Of a stretch of DNA of 64,000 nucleotides, positions 50,431 through 58,760 are shown piece by piece. Below the pieces are notes generated by a model. It made no database searches. It was not told the origin of the DNA and worked only from the letters and a program-made list of their open reading frames with translations. The stretch's first letter is position 1. Each line of letters opens with the position of its first letter. Source of the DNA: Leptonemataceae bacterium (GTDB lineage Bacteria; Spirochaetota; Leptospiria; Leptospirales; Leptonemataceae); assembly GCA_965227295.1 (NCBI GenBank), contig OZ245742.1, positions 5,408,001-5,472,000 of the forward strand. Direction: 5' to 3'. The translations under genes and the position numbers were made by a program.

Positions 50431-51496
50431 GTTTGCGATGAGCGCGGTCCGCGTCGGTGGGAAGTGCAATGCCGAGATGCCGGTAAGCGAGATCCGTGGC
50501 GACGCGGCCCTGCGGCGTTTTTTCCAGTAAAGCGACACGCAGCATATACGGCTCGTGGTCTTCTTCGATGGTCCGCTCTTCCTCGTCAACGAGAGCCGCG
50601 AGGGTCTTCAATCCCACCGGCCCGCCGCCGTAGCGCTCGATCATGAGACGCAGGAGCCGGCGATCCAGTTCGACCAGACCCAGGGCGTCCACGCCGAGTT
50701 TCTCCAGGCAGTCTTCGGCGAAGGCGCGGCTCACGGAAGCGGCACGACTCACGGTGACATAGTCGCGAACCCGGCGGACCAGACGATTGGCCACCCGGGG
50801 CGTCATGCGCGCGCGGCTCGCGATGGCCGTGGCCGCCTCGGCCTCCATGCCCAGCTCCAGGAGACCGGCCGAGCGACGAACGATTTCCGCCAGGCGCTCC
50901 TCGTCGTAGAACTCCAGCTTCAGCTCAATGCCGAAGCGCGTCTTGAGCGGCGACGAGAGCATGCCCGATCGTGTCGTCGCCCCGACCAGCGTAAACGGCT
51001 TCAGGTGCAACTTTACGCTCTGCGCGGTCACACCCTCCCCGATGATGAAGTCGATGTAACCATCCTCCATGGCGGGATAGAGGATTTCTTCGCAGGCGGT
51101 GCTGAGCCGATGAAGTTCGTCGATGAACAGGACGTCCCCGGCTTCGAGGATGGTCAGCAGCTTCGCCAGGTCCCGGGGTTTGCTGATGGCCGGGGCCGAG
51201 GTTGTATGGAAGGCCGAGCCCATTTCGGCGGCGATGATGGCCGCCAGGGTGGTTTTGCCCAGGCCGGGCGGGCCGGAGAAGAGGACGTGATCTAACGGCT
51301 CGCCACGGTGCTTCGCCGCCTCGATGGAGACCTGGAGCTTTTCTTTGATGGGCGCCTGGCCGACGAAATCGGCGAAACGCAGGGGCCGCAGCGCCCGATC
51401 GGCGTCCTCGACGAACTTAGCGGCGCGCTCCCGTTTCCCGGCGGTCTTCACGTCCTGCACGGGTGTTAAGTTCGACCGGGAGGCCGCGGAAGGCAA
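50399..51496 (-). CDS. ruvB: Holliday junction branch migration ATPase RuvB
   Basis: LRP...DFVGQ, GPPGLGKTTLA, LFIDELHRL, FTLVGATTR, TPRVANRL. Confidence 0.97.
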   Translation of the reverse strand: MPSAASRSNLTPVQDVKTAGKRERAAKFVEDADRALRPLRFADFVGQAPIKEKLQVSIEAAKHRGEPLDHVLFSGPPGLGKTTLAAIIAAEMGSAFHTTSAPAISKPRDLAKLLTILEAGDVLFIDELHRLSTACEEILYPAMEDGYIDFIIGEGVTAQSVKLHLKPFTLVGATTRSGMLSSPLKTRFGIELKLEFYDEERLAEIVRRSAGLLELGMEAEAATAIASRARMTPRVANRLVRRVRDYVTVSRAASVSRAFAEDCLEKLGVDALGLVELDRRLLRLMIERYGGGPVGLKTLAALVDEEERTIEEDHEPYMLRVALLEKTPQGRVATDLAYRHLGIALPTDADRAHRKHAFGDQDLPF

Positions 51497-51598
51497 GTAA
51501 GTTATGTCGCGGTAGGAAGCAAGATCGACTCCTCGGTCCCTCGGTCCTCGGAGTGAACATTCCTAACAGATTTTTAACCGGCACAAACTGTTAATATC

Positions 51599-51625
51599 AC
51601 AAGTTTTGTTCGTCAGATCCGACAT
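51599..51625 (+). promoter_or_regulatory. Possible sigma-28 promoter
   Basis: ACAAGTTT-N11-TCCGACAT vs consensus TAAAGTTT-N11-GCCGATAA. Confidence 0.35.
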
Positions 51626-51657
51626 AGTCCTTAAGGATTACAGCCGAGGTAAAGTAC

Positions 51658-53100
51658 ATGTCCGCCGCCGCCGCCGAAGTCGCCACAGATCTCCAGAAGT
51701 TCGAAATGTCCGACGAGATCATCGACTCCTTCCGGGAAAATCAGGAAATCCCCGTTCATTTCTACAATAATACAGGCCAGATCCTGATCTATCGCAAAGA
51801 AGGAATCAGCGAGAACGAGATCAACCGCCTCATGAAGTTCATTGAGCAGGGCATCTACTTCCGCGAGTCCGACCGCGAAAAACTGGGCCTCGATAAACGC
51901 GACATCCCCGACGGCCTCTCCGACACCATCGTCATCGACGAGTCCATGGTGGACGGCCTCGCCGCAGACACTCAGGAAATCTACGATCAAATCAAAGAAT
52001 CATCGCTTACGTCGCTGCACATGAAGAAGATGCGCTCCCGGGTCGGCGAACTCTTCTCGGCCTTCGAGTCCAACCCCGAGGCCATGGTCGGACTGATCGA
52101 GGTCCTGGACCTCATGAAGAACGTGCCCGGCTACGAGGTGGAGATCGCCGTCAAACGCACCGTGGTGGCCATGGCCATGAAAACCCGCGGCATGCAGGCT
52201 CAGCAGTACAAAGAACCGAAACTCCTGGAAGAGATGACCCACGTGCTGATGATGTCCTCCCTCTTTTGCGACATCGGTCTCGCGAAACTACAGGTGCCCC
52301 GGGGCCAGGGCATCGACCTCAAACAACTCGCCCATCTGCGCCAGCATCCGCTGGTATCGTACCTCATGCTCGCCCATTTGCAAATGGACGCGCGCATTAA
52401 ACGCAACATCCTGTGCCAGCACCGTCCGCTGCGCGAAGGTGTGGCCGGGAACAACTTTCCGAAACTGAACTGGCTCATCGAACGCCTCCAGGAGTACGCT
52501 GTGCGTTTCACTAAACTCACCGGCAAAGAACGCATCGCCCTGGACATTCAGGAACAACTGCGCATGCTGCGCGCGGAGATGCCCTACGACGAGGACGCCA
52601 ACATTCTGTCCGTGGCCTCGGAGTTCGCCTCGCTCACCACCGACGTTCCCTGGCGCAAAGCCATGAGCCCGCGCCAGGCCGTACGCACGATCATCGGCAA
52701 TTCGTTCTTCACGCATACGGATCGCATCATGCGCGAGTTCCTCGACTACGTCGCCATTTCCTTATGTGACAATGAGTTGATCTTAGAGGGCGGCGACTTC
52801 GTCATTGTCGCCGTACGCCCGGCCAATCAGCGGACTTACTTCGAGGCCTGCCGCATCAACTACGTGGATCGTTTTCAGAGCACGCCCACGGTGCAACGCG
52901 TCGCCTCGGTCACACCGAAGATCGACAAAATCCCGCATCTACGCCTGGCCGGCTTTCCGCTGGAAGGCGTCAAACCGGCGCGGCCGGCTCACTACGACCT
53001 CGCTCGCGACAACACGCGGACGGTGGCCTTCGTGGTGGACTATGATTTGCATCCGGAATTGCACGAGAAGTTGTATAGAATGGCGGGGCCCTGGCCGTAG
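51658..53100 (+). CDS. Degenerate HD-GYP-like protein
   Basis: SLFCDIG, QHPLVSY, ILCQHRP, ILSVASEFASLTTDVPWRKAMSP occur in HD-GYP block order. Confidence 0.7.
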   Translation: MSAAAAEVATDLQKFEMSDEIIDSFRENQEIPVHFYNNTGQILIYRKEGISENEINRLMKFIEQGIYFRESDREKLGLDKRDIPDGLSDTIVIDESMVDGLAADTQEIYDQIKESSLTSLHMKKMRSRVGELFSAFESNPEAMVGLIEVLDLMKNVPGYEVEIAVKRTVVAMAMKTRGMQAQQYKEPKLLEEMTHVLMMSSLFCDIGLAKLQVPRGQGIDLKQLAHLRQHPLVSYLMLAHLQMDARIKRNILCQHRPLREGVAGNNFPKLNWLIERLQEYAVRFTKLTGKERIALDIQEQLRMLRAEMPYDEDANILSVASEFASLTTDVPWRKAMSPRQAVRTIIGNSFFTHTDRIMREFLDYVAISLCDNELILEGGDFVIVAVRPANQRTYFEACRINYVDRFQSTPTVQRVASVTPKIDKIPHLRLAGFPLEGVKPARPAHYDLARDNTRTVAFVVDYDLHPELHEKLYRMAGPWP

Positions 53101-53219
53101 CGCTCCGTGTAAAAAAATCCTCTCCCTGACGTTTTTCGACTACTTTCAGCAAGAACCGGTTAGCGCGGTGATTCTCGTGTGTGCTACTCTGCGTGCATCT
53201 AACACACAGGAGTCACCCC

Positions 53220-53646
53220 ATGAAAATCAAGAACAGCATCGTTGTACGGTAAACTGCTTATGAGCCGCGCTTTCGTGCCGGTAATAGAGAAAAACGGCGG
53301 CGGGGCCGTAGCCAACATCCTCACGTTGGTCGCCCTTGCCAGCATGCCGGGCCTGGCCGTCTACAACGCCTCGAAGGCCGCGGCCTGGTCGGCTTCGCTT
53401 TCATTGCGGGCCAGCCTCGCAAACAAACCCGTCACCGTGCACAACGTCTTTCCCGGCGCCGTGGATACGGACATGCTGGCAGGCGTGGAGATGCCGAAGA
53501 CGAGCCCGCAAGATGTGGCGGAGGCTGTCGTGGCCGGCATCGTCGCCGGACATGAGGACATCTTTCCGGATCCCATGGCGGAGTCGATGTATGCGGAGTG
53601 GCGGAAGGATCACAAGGCCGTCGAGAAACAGTTCGCGGCCATGTAA
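53220..53646 (+). pseudogene. SDR oxidoreductase with internal deletion and frameshift
   Basis: CAGGAG RBS + MKIKNSIVV then stop; other frame carries YNASKAA and PGAVDTDM; TGxxxGxG cofactor motif missing. Confidence 0.8.
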
Positions 53647-53709
53647 GATTGGCCCGTCGGCGCAGAACAACGCTGCGCCGACGGGCCTCGCTGCATTGTC
53701 GCCGTTGCC

Positions 53710-54468
53710 TCAGCGCACGGCGCGAATTTCGCGATCGTTGCGGGGTTGCAACGGACGCGCGGTGTTCGGATACAGCTTCGTATACGCTTCGATTTGCTCT
53801 TTCGAAAGCGTTACCGGAGATTGCATCACGAACCAGTTTACGCCCTCGCTGCACGGAGGCGTCGTCAGCGAACCGTCATAGTTCCAGTACGACTTGCGGG
53901 CCGGCAACAACGTCGACGGGTCGATGCTGCCGGCCGCCTGAGAGCCGCCGACCTGCTGCGGAAGGTTTTCGATGATGGGAGCGTACGCGCTGCTGGCCGT
54001 GCCGGCATCGATCAACACACCGATGACCGCGAGTTCGCCCGCGTCGGTGGCATGTACAAAGTGGACGTCCATGGGATAGCGCTTGCCCTTCACCGCTTCC
54101 TCGCTCGGCGCATGAAAGTGGAACTGCAGTAGTTTGTAGGTTTTGCCGCCCGTGGTAATGCTGTTGTTTCCGCCGACGTTGACCTGAATGGTCTTGCCGA
54201 TGTTTGCCACGGTGATGGGCGATGCCCCGTAGTTGATCGTAAGATCACCCTTCGCCGCGGTGAACGGCGCTTTGATGTCGATGGGGGACTGTACTTTGCC
54301 TTCAGCGCAGGCCGCATACTTCGCGTCCAGGGAACCCCATTGTTCCGGGCCGGCCGAACCGCCGTAGCTCCATTTGGCGGCGCTGGCACAGGCGACGCCG
54401 CCCGCCAGCACGGCGACCGCAAGCATGAGCCGACCGACTAAGTGTGATTGAATAAACTTTAACGTCAT
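53710..54468 (-). CDS. Alpha-class carbonic anhydrase, exported
   Basis: WSY.G..GP.QWG, QSPIDI, QFHFHAPSE, HFVH, GSLTTPPCSEGV.W, RPLQP.N.R. Confidence 0.95.
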   Translation of the reverse strand: MTLKFIQSHLVGRLMLAVAVLAGGVACASAAKWSYGGSAGPEQWGSLDAKYAACAEGKVQSPIDIKAPFTAAKGDLTINYGASPITVANIGKTIQVNVGGNNSITTGGKTYKLLQFHFHAPSEEAVKGKRYPMDVHFVHATDAGELAVIGVLIDAGTASSAYAPIIENLPQQVGGSQAAGSIDPSTLLPARKSYWNYDGSLTTPPCSEGVNWFVMQSPVTLSKEQIEAYTKLYPNTARPLQPRNDREIRAVR

Positions 54469-54635
54469 CGAAAAACTCCTCCGTGTACGTTCGATTAAAT
54501 TCACATAGATATACCCGGAACACCCGGAATCGACCGCCGTTTTTTTGCAATAACGGCAAAAATCCCGGACAGCCGGCACCGCGAATCACGCCGATTCCTT
54601 TTTATATACAGTGAAAATTCCCGCGCCCTCTATAA

Positions 54636-56513
54636 TTAAGAAGAAACCACCGGTGTTCTTGAGCCGGCCCCCGTCCGCTCAGATTCCAGCAGGGGAATGC
54701 GCAGCACAAAGACGCTGCCGCCGCGGATCTTCGTACTGCGCAGGCGGGCCTTAATATTCGCCGACCTCCGCTTAATGCTCGCGAGGCCGCTGCCGGTCGT
54801 ACGGTCCGCGGCGCGAAACGAAAAACCGGGACCGTCGTCCCGGATGACCAGGACACAGGCATTGCGGCGACGGGCCCACTTCACGTGAATCTCGTTCGGC
54901 CGGGCGTGACGCAAAACGTTCGTAATCCATTCCTGAAAAATACGCAACGTATGCAGGCTCTTGCGCCAGCCCAGGCGCTGTCCGAGGCCGCTCTCCAGGT
55001 CGTGGCGGATGTCGATGCGACCGGCGCGCTTCAGCCAGTTTAGATGATTGATCATCTCCTGTTCCAGCATGCCGGCCGGGCTTTCCTCGAGCTTCAGCAA
55101 ATACACCAGGTCACGCATGCGATCGAGGATGTCCCGCAGGCGATCCACCACGGGCTTAAAGACCTGCGCCGTTTCCTGCTCGCCGTCGCCGCGATGGTTG
55201 CTCTCCAGATAAAACAGCAGCGCCGTAAGATCCGACCCGATGGAATCGTGAATGTCCCCGGCAATGCGTTCGCGTTCTTCCGTGAGGCGATGTCGATAGG
55301 CCTGGGCCCGGGCTATGGACGTCTTCATCATGTGACTGTGCAGGACGAGCACGCCCACGACATACAGCGGCGCCGCGTACAGAAACATCTGCGTGCCCTC
55401 GACGACGTGCAGGCGAATCAGGTAGTCCCAGAAGTTGCCGGCTGCCGAAAGCACGGCGGCGGGAAGCATAAAGTGCAGGATGCGACGGTACTCCGGCCGA
55501 CGGCGATACAGATCGGCGAAGATCAACACGACCACGAAGACCACCGCGAAAACAAAGACGTGCACGTAGCGCGCGAGGGTCCAGAGTGCGGCAAAGTCGG
55601 CGACCACAAAGTGCAGCACGGCCGGAATCATACCGGGGCCGAGGAGCAACAGTTCCACGCGAGCGTTGCGTCCCACGAAGAGTCGATAGAAAAACAGCAG
55701 GTTCAGGATGGCCGCGAGATAACCGGCGGCCAGCGTAAGGCGCAATACGCTCAGTCGCGAAAACGGAAGATAGAGTGGAACGTACTGGCCACAGAAAATC
55801 AAAAAGGCCGCCACCGCGAGGGCCACGTAGAAGTACTCGTAACGCAGGATCCCGAGCAATTGCGTCGCGAGAAAGAAGATCAGGACGTAGGCGAGAAAGA
55901 TAGTGGCCCCCGCCGGCAAAAATTCGTATAACAAGCGCTGCCGGTTGTACTCCCGGCTGAGATCTGCATAGTCGCCGAGTAACAGCGGCCCGCGATGTAC
56001 ACCGGCCTTTTCGTCGAGGGACGTAAGGGAAATGTGAATCGTGTTGCGTCCAATGCGCAGCGCGTCGCGCGGGACGGCGTACAATCGCGGCGAGTTCCAG
56101 TACGAAATCGAAACGTCGCCGTTCCATACCGTGCCCGTCCGGCCGACCACCGTGCCGTTCAACCGAAGGACATCCGCGGTCCCGGCGGCCCCGATCAACA
56201 CGGCCGGACGCTCCGGCACGCTGCGTAACTCGAACTCCCGCTCGAACTGCAACTCACCGGCAAAGTCCTGTACGTAGACGTGGAAGTTTTCCGGCAGAGT
56301 ATAAACTTTATCTAAATGATTGTTAGTGCTCGTCCCGTCCCGACGCTCGTCCGCGGAACGCAGAGCCGTGAGCCGCCACGGCCCCGCGAGATCGAGCGCA
56401 TCCGCGGAATCGACGGGCGCACACTGCGCTGCAAAAGCCGAGGCCAGGAAAATCAACACGGCACGTATCCATGCAGAACGCCCGACCCGGGTTTGTCCGC
56501 GCACATCGCTCAT
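54636..56513 (-). CDS. Membrane sensor histidine kinase (jelly-roll ectodomain, 7TM, HisKA_3, HATPase)
   Basis: ERERIAGDIHDSIG, QEWITNVLRHA, DDGPGF, GSGL. Confidence 0.9.
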   Translation of the reverse strand: MSDVRGQTRVGRSAWIRAVLIFLASAFAAQCAPVDSADALDLAGPWRLTALRSADERRDGTSTNNHLDKVYTLPENFHVYVQDFAGELQFEREFELRSVPERPAVLIGAAGTADVLRLNGTVVGRTGTVWNGDVSISYWNSPRLYAVPRDALRIGRNTIHISLTSLDEKAGVHRGPLLLGDYADLSREYNRQRLLYEFLPAGATIFLAYVLIFFLATQLLGILRYEYFYVALAVAAFLIFCGQYVPLYLPFSRLSVLRLTLAAGYLAAILNLLFFYRLFVGRNARVELLLLGPGMIPAVLHFVVADFAALWTLARYVHVFVFAVVFVVVLIFADLYRRRPEYRRILHFMLPAAVLSAAGNFWDYLIRLHVVEGTQMFLYAAPLYVVGVLVLHSHMMKTSIARAQAYRHRLTEERERIAGDIHDSIGSDLTALLFYLESNHRGDGEQETAQVFKPVVDRLRDILDRMRDLVYLLKLEESPAGMLEQEMINHLNWLKRAGRIDIRHDLESGLGQRLGWRKSLHTLRIFQEWITNVLRHARPNEIHVKWARRRNACVLVIRDDGPGFSFRAADRTTGSGLASIKRRSANIKARLRSTKIRGGSVFVLRIPLLESERTGAGSRTPVVSS

Positions 56514-57154
56514 AGATCGATCAGGCCGCTCCGATGCCCCTCGCGAATCGCCTGGGAACGCGAGTGCACGTCGAGTTTCTTGTAAATGTTTTCGATGTGC
56601 CGGCGCACGGTATGCACGCTGATCTTGAGTTCTTCGGCGATCTCCGGCGCGGAGAATCCCATGGCGGTTAGATTCAGAATCTCACGTTCACGATTCGTGA
56701 GCGCCGGGGAAACCCGGGCGGTGTCCGCGGTATCGTGGCCGGCAATCTTGCGGGCGACTCGCGGAGTCAGCGACGCCCCGCCCAGATGGATGACCCGAAG
56801 CTCCGCCAGAAAGAGGTCCGGCGGCGTGTCTTTGAGCATGTACCCGTCCGCCCCGGCCCGCAGCGCGGCGAGGATCATTTCTTCGTCTTCGTACACGGTA
56901 AACGCGGCGATCTTACGTTCCGGTTGCTGCTGCTTCAGTAAACGAATGCACTCCGCCCCCGGCCGATCCGGCAGGTTCAGGTCCATTAAGACGAGATCGA
57001 CGGCGAGTCCCGGAATACTTTCCAGGGCCCGGCCACCGTCCCGAAAGTGGCCGGCAAAGTGAAAGCCCGGAGCGCGTTCGAGCAGATCACGCACCTGCTC
57101 GGCCATCGCTTCATTGTCCTCCACGAAGACGACGCTGATGCCGGGATCGGACAT
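56510..57154 (-). CDS. NarL/LuxR family response regulator
   Basis: VEDN, LVLMDLNLP, GADGYMLK, LT.RE.EIL...G....IA..L.IS..TV..H. Confidence 0.95.
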   Translation of the reverse strand: MSDPGISVVFVEDNEAMAEQVRDLLERAPGFHFAGHFRDGGRALESIPGLAVDLVLMDLNLPDRPGAECIRLLKQQQPERKIAAFTVYEDEEMILAALRAGADGYMLKDTPPDLFLAELRVIHLGGASLTPRVARKIAGHDTADTARVSPALTNREREILNLTAMGFSAPEIAEELKISVHTVRRHIENIYKKLDVHSRSQAIREGHRSGLIDL

Positions 57155-57260
57155 GGTCTAAGGAAGCCGGTCGTGCCGGTACAGAGCAACGCAAAAACGC
57201 CGGCTTGCTCCGGTATAATTCCGCTTGTCGCCGGACACGGGCAGGATCTTCTTAGAGATC

Positions 57261-58436
57261 ATGCAAGCCATCATGTCGCGCGTCCTCGCAACCAGTCTCG
57301 TTTTTTCACTGATCCTCCTGCTTCCGCACTGCAATAACGTGGAAGAATCCCAGCCCCTCCAGCGCATCTACTCCGACGCCGTCGATCGTTCCGTGGAAAA
57401 CGCCCTGCGCACGCTCATCGTGGACGCGGCCGCCATCGCGGATCCGTACTACTTCAATCGCTGTCCGGTCAGCGCCGCCCCGTACACCGGTCCGGTATCA
57501 CCGATCTCTTTCGGCTACGGTTCTTTGAATACCGGCTTCCGCGTGGCCTCGTACTCCGTAACCAACCCGACGACCTCGCTGCCCACCTGCGTCTACGTAT
57601 CCACGAACACGACGGAATCCTCGCCGGTCATCGTACTCATTCACGGCTTCGGCTCACCGTCCGCGGAACCCTACTTCGAACTCATTCAGTTCATGACGTC
57701 CCTGGGATACGTCGTGGTGTTTCCGATCTATCCCGACAACGCCACTTCGGTTTCGGCGGGGTACATCATCATGGAGGCCGGCATTGACGCCGCCATCAGC
57801 GCGGTGGGCAGCCTGGCGGATACCTCCCGCGTCGGATTCATGGGCCACTCCCTGGGTGCCGGCGCGCTCCCGGCCATCGCTTACAACAAACTCGTGGAAC
57901 AGGGCTGGGGCACCAACGGCAACTTCATCTACATGATGGCTCCGTGGTACAGCTACGACATCAGCAATGCGGAGCTGGCATCCTTCCCGACGAACACCAA
58001 TTTACTGATGCAGGTCTACCAGCACGACACCGTCACCGACCATCGCATGGCCATCGACATCTTTAACAACATCAACGTGCCCGCCGAAGACAAAGACTAC
58101 GTCACCATCTTCTCCGACGCGTCCTCCGGCTACAATTACAACGCCGATCACTACGTGCCCATCAAGTACGTGCCCACGGGCATCGGCAACTACGACGCCC
58201 ACGATTTCTACGGCGTCTTCCGGCTCACCGAAGCCCTGGCCGATTATACCTTCACCGGCAACGGCGCCGGTTACAACATCGCTCTCGGCAACGGCAACAG
58301 CGAGCAAACCTTCATGGGCACCTACGCCGACGGCTCCGAGGTCACGCGCATGGGCGTCACCGATTCTCCGTCTCCGCTGTTCGATGAGAGCTTTTATTCG
58401 CAGCCGTTCAGCGGGTCTTTGAATCCGCGAAGATAA
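57261..58436 (+). CDS. Alpha/beta hydrolase, probable lipoprotein
   Basis: Signal with Cys (LPH-C); IHGFG, GHSLG nucleophile elbow, candidate Asp (HDTV) and His (ADHYVP). Confidence 0.85.
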   Translation: MQAIMSRVLATSLVFSLILLLPHCNNVEESQPLQRIYSDAVDRSVENALRTLIVDAAAIADPYYFNRCPVSAAPYTGPVSPISFGYGSLNTGFRVASYSVTNPTTSLPTCVYVSTNTTESSPVIVLIHGFGSPSAEPYFELIQFMTSLGYVVVFPIYPDNATSVSAGYIIMEAGIDAAISAVGSLADTSRVGFMGHSLGAGALPAIAYNKLVEQGWGTNGNFIYMMAPWYSYDISNAELASFPTNTNLLMQVYQHDTVTDHRMAIDIFNNINVPAEDKDYVTIFSDASSGYNYNADHYVPIKYVPTGIGNYDAHDFYGVFRLTEALADYTFTGNGAGYNIALGNGNSEQTFMGTYADGSEVTRMGVTDSPSPLFDESFYSQPFSGSLNPRR

Positions 58437-58483
58437 TATTTCAGAGAACAAAAATTACACGTTAGATCATTCACGATCTATTC

Positions 58484-58591
58484 GGGCGCCTCGCCGCGGA
58501 GCGGCGACCGGGCTTTCCAGGGCTCCGCTTCGCTGCGGTCCCCGCTGCGCGGCGACTTGCGCTGACGCGCAACCCTTCCAATCCCTGGCGC
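58484..58591 (+). repeat. Structured repeat copy C (Flavo-1-like motif)
   Basis: GGGCGCC...CCGGGCTTTCC...CTCCGCTTCGCTGCGGTC...CCAATCCCTGGCGC. Confidence 0.7.
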
Positions 58592-58638
58592 AAAAAGACG
58601 CCCCGTGCACAAGCTTACGCACCCGGCTCTTCCGTTGA

Positions 58639-58663
58639 TTAATCTTACATAACATAAGATTAA
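58639..58663. promoter_or_regulatory. Perfect inverted repeat, candidate operator
   Basis: TTAATCTTA-N7-TAAGATTAA about 100 nt upstream of the giant ORF. Confidence 0.5.
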
Positions 58664-58760
58664 CAATTCTGCTTGCAGAAATCCTCGCCTTCCACTAAAC
58701 GTCCGCGGTTCCGCGTGCGCCGTGCGCATGCTTCACAATCCTCAAGGGCCCGGTAACATA

